40,828 bases of DNA from Acidimicrobiales bacterium. Lineage in GTDB: Bacteria > Actinomycetota > Acidimicrobiia > Acidimicrobiales > JACCXE01. Location: contig JBKJQZ010000165.1 in assembly GCA_046594835.1 (NCBI GenBank), forward strand, positions 1-40,828, in the 5' to 3' direction. The notes under the pieces are model-generated. The model searched no databases, had not been told where the DNA came from, and was given only the letters and a program-made list of their open reading frames with translations. Position numbers and translations under genes: made by a program. Below are positions 8,655 through 18,218 of the stretch, piece after piece. The stretch's first letter is position 1. Each line of letters begins with the position of its first letter.

Positions 8655-9308
8655 ATGAATAAAGACAGCCTGATCTGGTGGGACTGGGTTGGTCGTCACA
8701 CCGACCAGATCCAAACCGCCACCATCGAGCACCTGCGTCTCACGGTCATCGCGGTCGTCGCCGGTTTCGCCCTCAGCCTGGTACTGGCCGCGGTCTCGCT
8801 GCGCTTCCGTCGGCTTTACGCGCCTATCGCCGGTTTCGCAGGCGTGCTCTACACAATCCCGAGCCTGGCGCTGTTTGCGTTGTTGTTGCCCATTACCGGC
8901 TTCACCACCCTGACGGCCGAGATCGGCCTCGTGGGCTACACGCTGGCGATCTTCGTACGAAATCTCGTGGAAGGCATCGACAGCGTCGCGCCTGACGTGG
9001 TGGATGCGGCCGACGGTATGGGTTTCACCCGCGGCCGTCGCTTTGTATCGGTCGATCTGCCGCTCGCGCTGCCTGCGATCGTCGCTGGGCTGCGGATCGC
9101 TACGGTCAGCACAGTCGGCCTCGTCACGGTTACGGGCCTTATCGGCCAAGGCGGCTACGGACGCTTTATCCAGTCGGGTCTTTCGCGTGACTTCAGCACC
9201 GAGATCATGGTGGGGGGCGGGCTGTCGGTCCTGATGGCGATCGCGCTCGACGCGGTGCTGGTAGTCGCAGAACGCGCCTTGACCCCGTGGCGGCGGGTGC
9301 GGCGATGA
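8655..9308 (+). CDS. Osmoprotectant ABC transporter permease
   Basis: EHL, YTIPSLALF, EAA-type loop DAADGMG, LPLALPAIVAGLR. Confidence 0.9.
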   Translation: MNKDSLIWWDWVGRHTDQIQTATIEHLRLTVIAVVAGFALSLVLAAVSLRFRRLYAPIAGFAGVLYTIPSLALFALLLPITGFTTLTAEIGLVGYTLAIFVRNLVEGIDSVAPDVVDAADGMGFTRGRRFVSVDLPLALPAIVAGLRIATVSTVGLVTVTGLIGQGGYGRFIQSGLSRDFSTEIMVGGGLSVLMAIALDAVLVVAERALTPWRRVRR

Positions 9309-10000
9309 TCCGGGCCTTCACGGATTACGTCACCACCGCCGCACACTGGTGGGGGAGCAGCGGCATCCTGCACCGCAGCAGCGAGCACCTTCGCCTGTCA
9401 GCGCTCGCGGTCGTGGTTGCAGCCATGGTGGCGCTACCGCCCGCCGTCGTCCTCGCCCACCTACGACGCGGCGGCCTGTTTGTGCAGTCGGTCGTGAACA
9501 TCGGCCGCGCCGTGCCGAGCCTGGCGATCTTGGCGTTGCTCTTTCCGCTCTCGCTGCGGTGGGGGTGGGGCCTCGGCTTCTGGCCAACATTTGCGGCGCT
9601 CGTCATTCTCGCCGTGCCACCCATGTTCACGAACGCCTATGCAGGTATACGCAGCGTGGACCCATGGATCGTCGACGCGTCGCGTGGCATGGGAATGCGT
9701 CCGCGTGAAGTGCTCACACGGGTCGAGATACCGAGCGGACTCGTGCTGATCCTCGCCGGTGTCCGAATCGCGACATTGCAGGTAATTGCGACGGCAACGC
9801 TGGGGACCTACGTTGGTTTCAACGGTCTCGGATCGTTCATCAACGAAGGCTTCCTTCAGCGCGACGACGCGAAGTTGCTCACGGGTGCGGTTGCCGTGGC
9901 CGCGTGCGCTCTGGTGGTCGACCTTCTCTTCGGTGTCATCGCGCGACGGTCCATGCCGTGGCGCGCGCCGAGGGTCTCGTCTGTGAAAGGAATCGAATAG
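9305..10000 (+). CDS. Osmoprotectant ABC transporter permease
   Basis: RAVPSLAIL, DASRGMGM loop, GVRIATLQVIATATL. Start set at ATG 9305 (ATGA overlap). Confidence 0.9.
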   Translation: MIRAFTDYVTTAAHWWGSSGILHRSSEHLRLSALAVVVAAMVALPPAVVLAHLRRGGLFVQSVVNIGRAVPSLAILALLFPLSLRWGWGLGFWPTFAALVILAVPPMFTNAYAGIRSVDPWIVDASRGMGMRPREVLTRVEIPSGLVLILAGVRIATLQVIATATLGTYVGFNGLGSFINEGFLQRDDAKLLTGAVAVAACALVVDLLFGVIARRSMPWRAPRVSSVKGIE

Positions 10001-10935
10001 TGAAGCGTCCGCTCATCACTGTCTTGTCCCTGGCTCTTGGTGTCGCCGTGCTCGGCGCCTGCGGCAGCGACTCCAAGGAGTCCAAAGGCAGCACCGCCGC
10101 AACGAATGCGGGCAAGAAGGTGTCGGTAACGGTCGGCGCCCAAGACTTCGGTGAATCGAAGATCCTGGCCGAGATCTACGCCCAGGGCCTCGCGGCCAAG
10201 GGCTACGCGGCGACCGTGAAGCTGCTCGGCACCAACGCGTACCGCAAGGTCGAAGTGGAAGCCTTTGACGCCAAGACGATCAACTTTGCGCCTGAGTACG
10301 CGGCGTCGATGCTCGAGTTCGTCAACGAGAAGAAGGGCGAGGCGACCGGTGACGCCGCTGCGACCACGGCGAAGCTCAACACCTACCTCGACGCCAAGGG
10401 CCTTGTCGCGCTCACACCGAGCGATGCCGTGGACACCAACGCGTTTGTCATAACGAAGGCCACCTCCGAAAAGCTCGGCATCAAGTCGCTGTCGGACCTC
10501 GCCGCCAAAGGCAAGGACCTCAAGATCGCCGCCCCCGCGGACTGCTCGACCAACCCGTTCTGCCTCCCGGGCCTGAAGAAGACCTATGGCCTCGATCTCT
10601 CCAAGAACCTCACGCCGCTTGGAGCCGAACAGGTCACCGACGCGCTCGACGCAGACACCGTGCAGATCGGCTTGCTGTTCTCGACCGCCGGCTCGATCGA
10701 AACCAAGGGCTACGTCCTACTCGACGACGACAAGCACATGCTCGCCGCCGACAACGTCTTGCCGATAGTGACCACCGCGTTGAAGGGAGTCAGCGGCTTC
10801 ACCGACGCAGTCGATGCGATCACCGCCGAGCTCAAAACCGACACGCTCATCTCGATGAACAAGCGTTTCGATATAGACAAGGAAGACGCAGCGGTGATCG
10901 CCAAGGAGTTCCTCAAGGATCACGGCCTGCTCTAA
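10000..10935 (+). CDS. Osmoprotectant ABC transporter substrate-binding lipoprotein
   Basis: Start GTG 10000 after aaagga; lipobox LGAC; VGAQDFGESKILAEIY; Cys pair (DCSTNPFC); LDDDK. Confidence 0.9.
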   Translation: MKRPLITVLSLALGVAVLGACGSDSKESKGSTAATNAGKKVSVTVGAQDFGESKILAEIYAQGLAAKGYAATVKLLGTNAYRKVEVEAFDAKTINFAPEYAASMLEFVNEKKGEATGDAAATTAKLNTYLDAKGLVALTPSDAVDTNAFVITKATSEKLGIKSLSDLAAKGKDLKIAAPADCSTNPFCLPGLKKTYGLDLSKNLTPLGAEQVTDALDADTVQIGLLFSTAGSIETKGYVLLDDDKHMLAADNVLPIVTTALKGVSGFTDAVDAITAELKTDTLISMNKRFDIDKEDAAVIAKEFLKDHGLL

Positions 10936-10944
10936 ATCCCGCCT

Positions 10945-10962
10945 TCGTGAAAGCTTTCACTA
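10945..10962. promoter_or_regulatory. Putative Rex (NADH/NAD+ sensor) operator overlapping the nuoE promoter
   Basis: TCGTGAA-AGCT-TTCACTA matches 12 of 14 positions of TTGTGAA-N4-TTCACAA; the core GTGAAAGCTTTCAC is a perfect palindrome; it abuts the -10-like TAGTGT (10961-10966). Confidence 0.65.
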
Positions 10963-10975
10963 GTGTCGGATACGT

Positions 10976-11551
10976 ATGGCCCGATTGAGTGCGAGCAACC
11001 TGGCAACAGCCCAGGCGATCATCGCTCGGTACCCGAAACCACGCTCTGCCCTGGTGCCTTTGTGCCACCTCGCCCAGGAGCAGGACGGGTACCTGAGTGA
11101 CGACGCGATGGCGCACATCGCTGAGCTGATCGGCGCCACTCCGGCGCAGGTCTACGGCACCGCAAGCTTCTACGAAATGTTCAAGATGCACCCGTGCGGG
11201 AAGTACCTCGTCGGCGTGTGCACGAACATTTCCTGCATGCTCACCGGCGCCTACGAACTGCTCGAACACTGCGAGAAATCCCTCGGCGTGTCCGTCGGCG
11301 GTACGACGCCCGACGGCATGTTCACCCTCGAAGAGGTCGAGTGCTCGGCGGCCTGCACGGTGGCTCCGGCGGTACAGGTCAACTACCGCTACGAGGACAA
11401 GGTCACGCCCGAGTCCTTCGACGCGCTGGTGGCCGACATTCGCGCCGGCAAGCGCGACGACATTCCCCAGCACGGGACCCTGGCGCGCATTCGTCAGGAG
11501 CCGACCGACAAGTGGGCCAATACGGGCCAGACCGAAGAGCACGCCTCGTGA
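10976..11551 (+). CDS. nuoE: NADH-quinone oxidoreductase subunit E
   Basis: ASFYEMF; N1a ligands CTNISC and ECSAAC. Confidence 0.95.
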   Translation: MARLSASNLATAQAIIARYPKPRSALVPLCHLAQEQDGYLSDDAMAHIAELIGATPAQVYGTASFYEMFKMHPCGKYLVGVCTNISCMLTGAYELLEHCEKSLGVSVGGTTPDGMFTLEEVECSAACTVAPAVQVNYRYEDKVTPESFDALVADIRAGKRDDIPQHGTLARIRQEPTDKWANTGQTEEHAS

Positions 11552-12915
11552 CCGTCCGCGCCGATCGCCTCATCATCGTCAGCCAGCGTTTCAACGTCGC
11601 AGACGCCCACACGCTGGCCGGATACCTCCGAACCGGCGGGTACGAAGCGCTGCGCAAGGCGCTGGGTATGCAGCCATCTGAGGTCGTCGACATCGTCACC
11701 GGAGCGACCCTGCAAGGCCGCGGCGGCGCCGGCTTCCCGGCCGGTAACAAGTGGCACTTCCTCGACACCGCCAAGTTTCCGCGCTGGATCGTGTGCAATG
11801 GCGACGAGTCCGAGCCCGGTACCCACAAGGACCGCACGCTCATGGAGCGCGACCCCCACGAGGTGATCGAGGGCGCGCTCATCGCCGCGTACGCGTGCAA
11901 GGCGAGCCAGGTGTTCCTGTATGTCCGAGGGGAAATGGCCCTCGCGCAGGAGCGCGTTGCGCAGGCCCTCAACGAGGCGTATGCGAACGGCTACGCCGGC
12001 AAGAACATTCTCGGCACCGGCTGGAACATGGACGTCACGCTCCACTGGGGCGCGGGCGCCTACATCGTGGGCGACGAAACTGCGTTGCTCGAGTCGCTTG
12101 AAGGCAAGCGGGGCATGCCTCGCCCGAAGCCCCCGTATTTCCCGGCGGTCATGGGTCTCTACATGAACCCGACGATCGTCAACAACGTCGAGACCCTCGC
12201 GACGATTCCCTGGATCGTCACGAATGGGCCCGAAGCGTTCGCAGCGGTCGGCACCGCGAAGTCCCAGGGCACCAAGCTGATCGCGGTGTCAGGCCACGTG
12301 AAGCAGCCCGGCACCTACGAGATCGAGTGCGGCGTTACCACCTATCGCGACGTGTTCTTCGACCCGTCGCTCGGGGGCGGAATCCGCGACGACCACGAGC
12401 TGAAGGCGTTCATCCCGGGTGGCGGCTCGGCACCGTGGTTCTTCCCCGAGCACCTCGACCTGCCGCTCGACCCAACCATCATCGGCCCGGCCGGTTCGAT
12501 GATGGGGTCCGGTGCGATCGTTGCAATGGACGAAACCACCGACATGGTCCGCGCCTGCTGGCGCCTCGTGAAGTTCTACGCCCGGGAGAGCTGCGGTAAG
12601 TGCACGCCGTGCCGGGAGGGCACGAGCTGGCTCGAGACCATCCTCGCCCGCATCATCAGTGGTCGCGGCCGCCCGGAGGACCTCGATTTACTCCTCGACG
12701 TGTCCGACAACATCAGCCCTGCGCCCTTCCCCGGGCCAAACGTCGTTCCGGGCGAACCCGCCTACGCGCCGTTCCCGTACAAGAAGACGACAATTTGCGA
12801 CCTCGGTCCCTCGGTGGTGTCGCCGCTTATGAGCGCGCTGCGTCGGTTCCGTCCGGACTTCGAGGCCTATATCGCGCAGAACCCGCGCAAGTTGATTGAG
12901 GTCACGAGTGGCTGA
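11548..12915 (+). CDS. nuoF: NADH-quinone oxidoreductase subunit F
   Basis: GRGGAGFP, CNGDESEPG, GAGAYIVGDETAL, NNVETLA, N3 ligands CGKCTPCREG...C. Start GTG 11548 (GTGA overlap). Confidence 0.95.
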   Translation: MTVRADRLIIVSQRFNVADAHTLAGYLRTGGYEALRKALGMQPSEVVDIVTGATLQGRGGAGFPAGNKWHFLDTAKFPRWIVCNGDESEPGTHKDRTLMERDPHEVIEGALIAAYACKASQVFLYVRGEMALAQERVAQALNEAYANGYAGKNILGTGWNMDVTLHWGAGAYIVGDETALLESLEGKRGMPRPKPPYFPAVMGLYMNPTIVNNVETLATIPWIVTNGPEAFAAVGTAKSQGTKLIAVSGHVKQPGTYEIECGVTTYRDVFFDPSLGGGIRDDHELKAFIPGGGSAPWFFPEHLDLPLDPTIIGPAGSMMGSGAIVAMDETTDMVRACWRLVKFYARESCGKCTPCREGTSWLETILARIISGRGRPEDLDLLLDVSDNISPAPFPGPNVVPGEPAYAPFPYKKTTICDLGPSVVSPLMSALRRFRPDFEAYIAQNPRKLIEVTSG

Positions 12916-15349
12916 CGAAGAAACAACCGAGGACACCGCGGCTGTGGACGTCGCCGACGTCGTTGAACAAGCAACGCCTCCGCCTCCGCCTCCCGGCGTG
13001 CCCGTCACCATCGACGGCAAACTTGTGTACGCGGACAAAGGCGAGCTGCTGATCGAAGCGGCCGAGCGCGTTGGTTCGCACATTCCGCGCTTCTGCTACC
13101 ACGAGCGGCTCCGGCCCGTGGGCATGTGCCGCATGTGCCTGGTCGAGGTCGACGGCGGTCGCGGCCCGATGCTGTCGCCCGCGTGCCTCGTTGAGTGCAC
13201 GCCCGACATGAAGGTCGAGACCCGCAGCGAGAAGGCCCTCAAGGCGCAGGACGGCGTCATCGAGTTCTTGCTCGTGAACCACCCGCTCGACTGCCCCGTG
13301 TGCGACAAGGGCGGCGAGTGCCCGCTGCAGGACAACACCGTTGCCTTCGGCCCGGCCGAGAGCCGCATGGTCGAAGAGAAGCGGCACCGCGAGAAGCCGA
13401 TCCCGCTGAGCGACCTCGTGCTGCTCGACCGCGAGCGATGCATCCTGTGTGACCGCTGCACTCGCTTCGCCGACGAGGTCGCGGGCGACCCGCTAATCCA
13501 GTTCATCAAACGCGGCGTGGAGACCGAGATCAACACGTTCCCGGGCGAGCCTTTCGCCTCGTACTTCAGCGGCAACACCGTCCAGCTGTGCCCGGTGGGT
13601 GCGCTCACCGCGAAGCCCTACCGCTTCCGCGCCCGCCCCTGGGATATCGACTCGGTCGAGTCCACGTGCATGACGTGCGCGGTGGGTTGTCGCATCGGCG
13701 TGCAGTCCTCGGGCCGCGACGTGACCCGCTACATCGGTATCGACAGCGATCCGGTCAACCACGGCTGGTTGTGTGACAAGGGCCGCTTCGCGTACGAGGC
13801 CATCAACAACAACGAAGCGCGCGTGTCCGCGCCAATGGTGCGAAAGCACGGTGAGCTCGTTGAGGTCAGCTGGGGTGAGGCGCTAACGGCAGCGGCCGAG
13901 GGCATCCAGGACGCCATCCGGCGTCACGGTCCGAGCAGCGTCGGCATCATCGGTGGTGCGCGTCTCACCAACGAAGACGCGTTCGCGTGGGCCAAGCTCG
14001 CATCCGAAGTCATCAAGACCACCAACGTCGACTGTCAGCTCGACGACGGCCTGCCCGCCGAGCTCGTCCTGGGGCTCCCCAAGGCGACCATCGACGACGC
14101 GTGTACGGCCCCGGTCGTGGTGCTGCTCGCGCCCGATATCAAGAACGAACTCCCGGTGCTGTTCCTGCGTCTGCGCGACGCAGTAGTCAGTGGCACGACC
14201 AAGCTCGTTGAGCTCACGCCGGCCGCGACCAGCTTCACGAGCCACGCTGCGGTGTCGATCGGGTACCGGCCCGGCGACGCGGCGGCGGTCGCGGCAGCGC
14301 TCGTCGACACGGCTCCGGCCGCCGACATCGGTCCGGTCAGTGCGGCGTCGATTGAGTCCGCGCGCGCCCTGCTGCAAACATCGGGGGCTGTTGTGATTCT
14401 TGGTCGCCCGTCTACCGCGGAGGCGCCGAACTTCGTGGCCGACGCCGCGCTGTCGCTCGCCAAACTTCCCGGGGTCAGGTTCCTCTCGGCCCTGCGTCGG
14501 GCCAATGTGCACGGCGCGCTCGCGGCTGGCCTTCGGCCCACGGGCGACGGCATGGATACCGGCGCGATGATGCGTGCCGCGGCCAACGGTCGTCTCGCCA
14601 CCCTGATCCTGCTCGGCGCCGATCCGGCGAGCGACGTGCCCGACGCGAGCTTGGCCCAGCGCGGCCTTGCGGGCGCTGGCTTCACGATCGCCGTCACGTC
14701 CAGCCCGAGCGCCTCGACCAATCGCGCCGATGTGGTTCTGCCTGCCGCGACCTTCGCCGAGAAGGCCGGTACTACCACCAACATCGAAGGTCGCGTCACC
14801 CGCGTTAGCCAGAAGGTCACGGCGCCGGGCGTTGCGTGGGAAGACTGGATGATCGCAACGGAACTCGCAGTCGCGCTCGGTGGCGACCTCGGCTTCGAGG
14901 CCATCGAAGACGTCGCCGCTGCCATCGGCACGAACACGCCCGCCGTGCTTGGAGACGGCGTCGTGATGCCGATGGCGTCGGCACCAAAGACCCCTGCGGT
15001 GATCGGTGAAGTGCCGGTGCCCGCCCTCGACAACTATTCGCTGCGCCTCGTTGCCGGCCGCATGCTTTATGACGAAGGCAACGCCGTCGCGGCGTCGCCG
15101 TCACTCGCGAGCCTCAAGAAGACGCCCGAGCTGCGCGCCAACCCGCGCGACCTCGACCGCCTAGGCGTAACCACCGGCGGCCAGGTCCGGGTCAGCGGTG
15201 CGCGCGCCAGCTTCGTTGTGCGTGTCGCGGCCGACACCGGTGTGCCCGTCGGCTCGGCGTGGCTTCCCGCCAACGTGGCCGCGGACGACGCTCGATCGCT
15301 GATCGACGCCAGCGGCCCCGTGACCGACGTTCGGATCGAAAACGTATGA
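12908..15349 (+). CDS. nuoG: NADH-quinone oxidoreductase subunit G
   Basis: IPRFCY..CRMC..C, HPLDCPVCDKGGECPLQD, CILCDRC..C, CMTCAVGC..CDKG; molybdopterin-oxidoreductase-like C-terminus. Start GTG 12908 after gagg. Confidence 0.95.
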   Translation: MADEETTEDTAAVDVADVVEQATPPPPPPGVPVTIDGKLVYADKGELLIEAAERVGSHIPRFCYHERLRPVGMCRMCLVEVDGGRGPMLSPACLVECTPDMKVETRSEKALKAQDGVIEFLLVNHPLDCPVCDKGGECPLQDNTVAFGPAESRMVEEKRHREKPIPLSDLVLLDRERCILCDRCTRFADEVAGDPLIQFIKRGVETEINTFPGEPFASYFSGNTVQLCPVGALTAKPYRFRARPWDIDSVESTCMTCAVGCRIGVQSSGRDVTRYIGIDSDPVNHGWLCDKGRFAYEAINNNEARVSAPMVRKHGELVEVSWGEALTAAAEGIQDAIRRHGPSSVGIIGGARLTNEDAFAWAKLASEVIKTTNVDCQLDDGLPAELVLGLPKATIDDACTAPVVVLLAPDIKNELPVLFLRLRDAVVSGTTKLVELTPAATSFTSHAAVSIGYRPGDAAAVAAALVDTAPAADIGPVSAASIESARALLQTSGAVVILGRPSTAEAPNFVADAALSLAKLPGVRFLSALRRANVHGALAAGLRPTGDGMDTGAMMRAAANGRLATLILLGADPASDVPDASLAQRGLAGAGFTIAVTSSPSASTNRADVVLPAATFAEKAGTTTNIEGRVTRVSQKVTAPGVAWEDWMIATELAVALGGDLGFEAIEDVAAAIGTNTPAVLGDGVVMPMASAPKTPAVIGEVPVPALDNYSLRLVAGRMLYDEGNAVAASPSLASLKKTPELRANPRDLDRLGVTTGGQVRVSGARASFVVRVAADTGVPVGSAWLPANVAADDARSLIDASGPVTDVRIENV

Positions 15350-16521
15350 ACCTCCTAGCGGGCGACCCGATCTTCAACGGCGGTCTCGACCTCGGGATCG
15401 TCATCGTCATAGCGGTCAAGACGCTCATCACATTTGCGGTGCTGATGATCGCGGTGTTGTTCATGGTTTGGTACGAGCGCAAGCTCATCTCCGATCTCCA
15501 GAACCGCATCGGCCCGGCCCGGGCCGGTGGCCGCTTCGGCGTCCTGCAATCGCTCGCCGACGGCATCAAGCTGTTCTTTAAAGAAGACCTACTGCCCGAC
15601 CGCGCCGACCGCCGGGTGTTTCGTCTCGCGCCGTACCTGTCTGCGGTCCCCGCCTTCCTCAGCTTCGCGATCGTGCCCGTTGGCGGCACCATCTCGGTGC
15701 TGCACCACCAGACCAACCTGCAGCTTGCAGATCCGCCCGTAGGAGTCCTCTTCTTGCTCGCGATGAGCGGCATCTCGGTCTACGGCGTGATGCTCGCCGG
15801 CTGGTCGTCGGGCTCGAAGTACCCGCTGCTCGGCTCCGTGCGCGCCTCGGCCCAGATGGTCAGCTACGAAGCCGCCCTCGGCCTCTCCATTGCGACAGTG
15901 GTACTGCTCGCCGGGACGTTATCGACCCGCGGCATCGCCCTCGATCAAGCGGGAGTCGGCCCCGGCGGCATCCTTCCGGCGTGGAACGTGATCCGCCTCG
16001 GCGTCGTGCCGTTCGTGATCTTCCTCATCGCCTCCACCGCCGAGCTCAACCGCCCGCCGTTCGACCTCGTCGAAGCGGAACAGGAACTCGTCGGTGGTTT
16101 CCACACCGAGTACTCGTCGATTCGGTTCGCACTGTTCTTCCTCGCCGAGTTCATGAACACGGTCACGTGGTCGGCCATCGTTGTAACGCTCTTCTTCGGC
16201 GGGCCCAGCGGCCCGATCCTGGGCGTCCTGCCCGACTGGCTGTGGCCGATCCTTTGGTTCGTCGCCAAGCTTTTGGTGTTCCTGTCGGTCCAGGTGTGGT
16301 TCCGCGCCACCCTGCCCCGCCTGCGCTACGACCAGCTGATGGACCTCGGCTGGAAGCTGCTGATTCCGCTGTCGCTGTTCTGGCTGTTGGTGATCGCTGC
16401 CGTGCGCCTGGAGTCGATCTACGCGGCGTATGCGATCCCGGCCGGTCTCGCGGTCGCGTTCTTGCTGAACCGAGCCATGGTCGTGGGTCGGGCGCGCGTC
16501 GAAGAGAAGGTAGGGCAGTAG
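15346..16521 (+). CDS. nuoH: NADH-quinone oxidoreductase subunit H (copy 1)
   Basis: ERK..QNRIGP, LADGIKLFFKE, SAQMVSYE, AELNRPPFDLVEAEQELVGGFHTEYS, PRLRYDQLM. Start ATG 15346. Confidence 0.96.
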   Translation: MNLLAGDPIFNGGLDLGIVIVIAVKTLITFAVLMIAVLFMVWYERKLISDLQNRIGPARAGGRFGVLQSLADGIKLFFKEDLLPDRADRRVFRLAPYLSAVPAFLSFAIVPVGGTISVLHHQTNLQLADPPVGVLFLLAMSGISVYGVMLAGWSSGSKYPLLGSVRASAQMVSYEAALGLSIATVVLLAGTLSTRGIALDQAGVGPGGILPAWNVIRLGVVPFVIFLIASTAELNRPPFDLVEAEQELVGGFHTEYSSIRFALFFLAEFMNTVTWSAIVVTLFFGGPSGPILGVLPDWLWPILWFVAKLLVFLSVQVWFRATLPRLRYDQLMDLGWKLLIPLSLFWLLVIAAVRLESIYAAYAIPAGLAVAFLLNRAMVVGRARVEEKVGQ

Positions 16522-17205
16522 ATGGGACTTCTCGAAGGCTTCGGTATAACTGCGAAGCAGATCAATCACGTTGTCACCGTTCCGTATCCCGAACGCAAGC
16601 GACCCAAGCCCGAGCGCTTCCACGGCCGTCACGTCCTGAACCGGTACGAGGACGGCATGGAGAAATGCATCGGCTGCGAACTGTGCGCCGGCGTGTGCCC
16701 GGCGAAGTGCATCTATGTGCGCGGCAAGGACAACCCGCCCGATGCGCCGGTGTCGCCCGGCGAACGCTTTGGCTTTGTGTACGAGATCAATTACCTGCGC
16801 TGCATTCACTGCGACCTGTGTGTCGAGGCGTGCCCCACCGAAGCGATCACCGAGTCAAAGCTGTTCGAGTTCTCCTTCACCAACCGGGAGGACGCGATCT
16901 ACACGCGTGAGGAACTGATCGTCGGCGACGACGGCAAGCCCAAGCAGATGCCGTGGGAAGACTGGCGCGAAGGCGACGACGCCAACACCTCGGCCTGGAT
17001 GCGCGCCACCGCGCCCGGCGGCGACCCGAACTACGAAAACAAGCCGCTGTGGTCGGGTGAGCTCGGCTACGGCGTGAAGCCGGCCGAAGGCGGCCAGCCC
17101 GGGGAAGCCGCAGCGCGGGCTGCTGCGATCGCCGCCCACGGGGACCACGCCGATCACGATGCACACGGTGACCACGACGACGACCACGGCGGTGGCCACC
17201 ACTGA
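16522..17205 (+). CDS. nuoI: NADH-quinone oxidoreductase subunit I (copy 1) with His/Asp-rich C-terminal tail
   Basis: Two CxxCxxCxxxCP motifs (CIGCELCAGVCP, CIHCDLCVEACP); RFHGRH. Confidence 0.95.
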   Translation: MGLLEGFGITAKQINHVVTVPYPERKRPKPERFHGRHVLNRYEDGMEKCIGCELCAGVCPAKCIYVRGKDNPPDAPVSPGERFGFVYEINYLRCIHCDLCVEACPTEAITESKLFEFSFTNREDAIYTREELIVGDDGKPKQMPWEDWREGDDANTSAWMRATAPGGDPNYENKPLWSGELGYGVKPAEGGQPGEAAARAAAIAAHGDHADHDAHGDHDDDHGGGHH

Positions 17206-17906
17206 TGCCGCTGCTGTCGCTTCTGGCTACCACCTCGAAGGTAGATGCACTGACCTTCATGCTCGGCGCCGTCATCATCCTCGGCGGCGCCATCGGCGTC
17301 GTGCTGGCCCGCAACCCGGTGCACGCGGCGTTGTTGCTCGTGCAGACCCTGTTCGGCGTGGCCGTGCTGTTCGTGGCGCAGGGCGCGCACTTCCTGGCAG
17401 CCGTGCAGGTGATCGTGTACGCCGGCGCGATCGTCGTGTTGTTCCTGTTCGTGATCATGTTGCTGGGCGTTGACAAGCAGGAGCTGGTCGAGGCGGAAAC
17501 GCTTCGCAACCAGGTACCGGTCGCCGCGCTCATCGTGCTCGTCACGCTCGCCGAACTCGTCGCGCTGGGCCGGCACACGTGGGCCACCGGCGCCCCGAGC
17601 GTCGTAGGCAAGCTCGAAGGTCCGGCGACGAACGTGGAGCAGCTCGCCGAAGCGATCTTCACCCGCTACCTCTTCGCGTTCGAAGCAACCTCGGTCTTGT
17701 TGGTGATAGCGGTCGTTGCCGCGGTCGCGCTGGCGCGTCGCCCCGACGGCGAGGACGTCGACGCCGAGTACATCGCGGGCATCGAAGCCCACGAGGCCGA
17801 AGTGGCTGACGCGAAAGCCGCGGCCGACGCCGCTGTCGAAGAACTCGCCGAAGAAGAAGCCTCAGCCGAAGCTGAGTCCGAAGCGACCGAGGAGGTCTCG
17901 TCGTGA
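17205..17906 (+). CDS. nuoJ: NADH-quinone oxidoreductase subunit J (copy 1)
   Basis: [34 protein letters not shown]; acidic C-terminal tail. Confidence 0.95.
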   Translation: MPLLSLLATTSKVDALTFMLGAVIILGGAIGVVLARNPVHAALLLVQTLFGVAVLFVAQGAHFLAAVQVIVYAGAIVVLFLFVIMLLGVDKQELVEAETLRNQVPVAALIVLVTLAELVALGRHTWATGAPSVVGKLEGPATNVEQLAEAIFTRYLFAFEATSVLLVIAVVAAVALARRPDGEDVDAEYIAGIEAHEAEVADAKAAADAAVEELAEEEASAEAESEATEEVSS

Positions 17907-18211
17907 CCGTCGGCGTCCACTGGTATCTCTGGCTCGGCGTGGCCCTCTTCAGCATCGGTGCGATCGGCTTGTTGACGCGTCGCAATGTGCTGGTGATGTT
18001 CATGTGCGTCGAGTTGATGCTCAACGCGGTGAATCTCACCTTCGTGTCCTTCGCCCGCGAGCTCAACGACATCGGCGGGCAGGCTCTCGTGTTTTTCGTG
18101 ATGGTGGTCGCCGCCGCAGAGGTCGTCGTTGGCCTTGGTGTGATCGTGGCCATCTTCCGCCGTCGTCCCTCCGGCGCAACCGCCGACGACCTCCACATCC
18201 TCAAGGGTTAG
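17903..18211 (+). CDS. nuoK: NADH-quinone oxidoreductase subunit K (copy 1)
   Basis: RRN...[21 protein letters not shown]. Confidence 0.95.
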   Translation: MTVGVHWYLWLGVALFSIGAIGLLTRRNVLVMFMCVELMLNAVNLTFVSFARELNDIGGQALVFFVMVVAAAEVVVGLGVIVAIFRRRPSGATADDLHILKG

Positions 18212-18218
18212 AGCGACT

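Noticed and set aside
6341-10975. Inserted block as a transposon or genomic island
   Set aside because: No transposase, integrase, terminal inverted repeats or target duplication seen; composition resembles the flanks.
12061-12081. NuoF YIVGDET instead of YICGEET, as a possible switch to NADPH
   Set aside because: The second acidic residue, the Glu that discriminates NADH from NADPH, is retained; the other changes are conservative.
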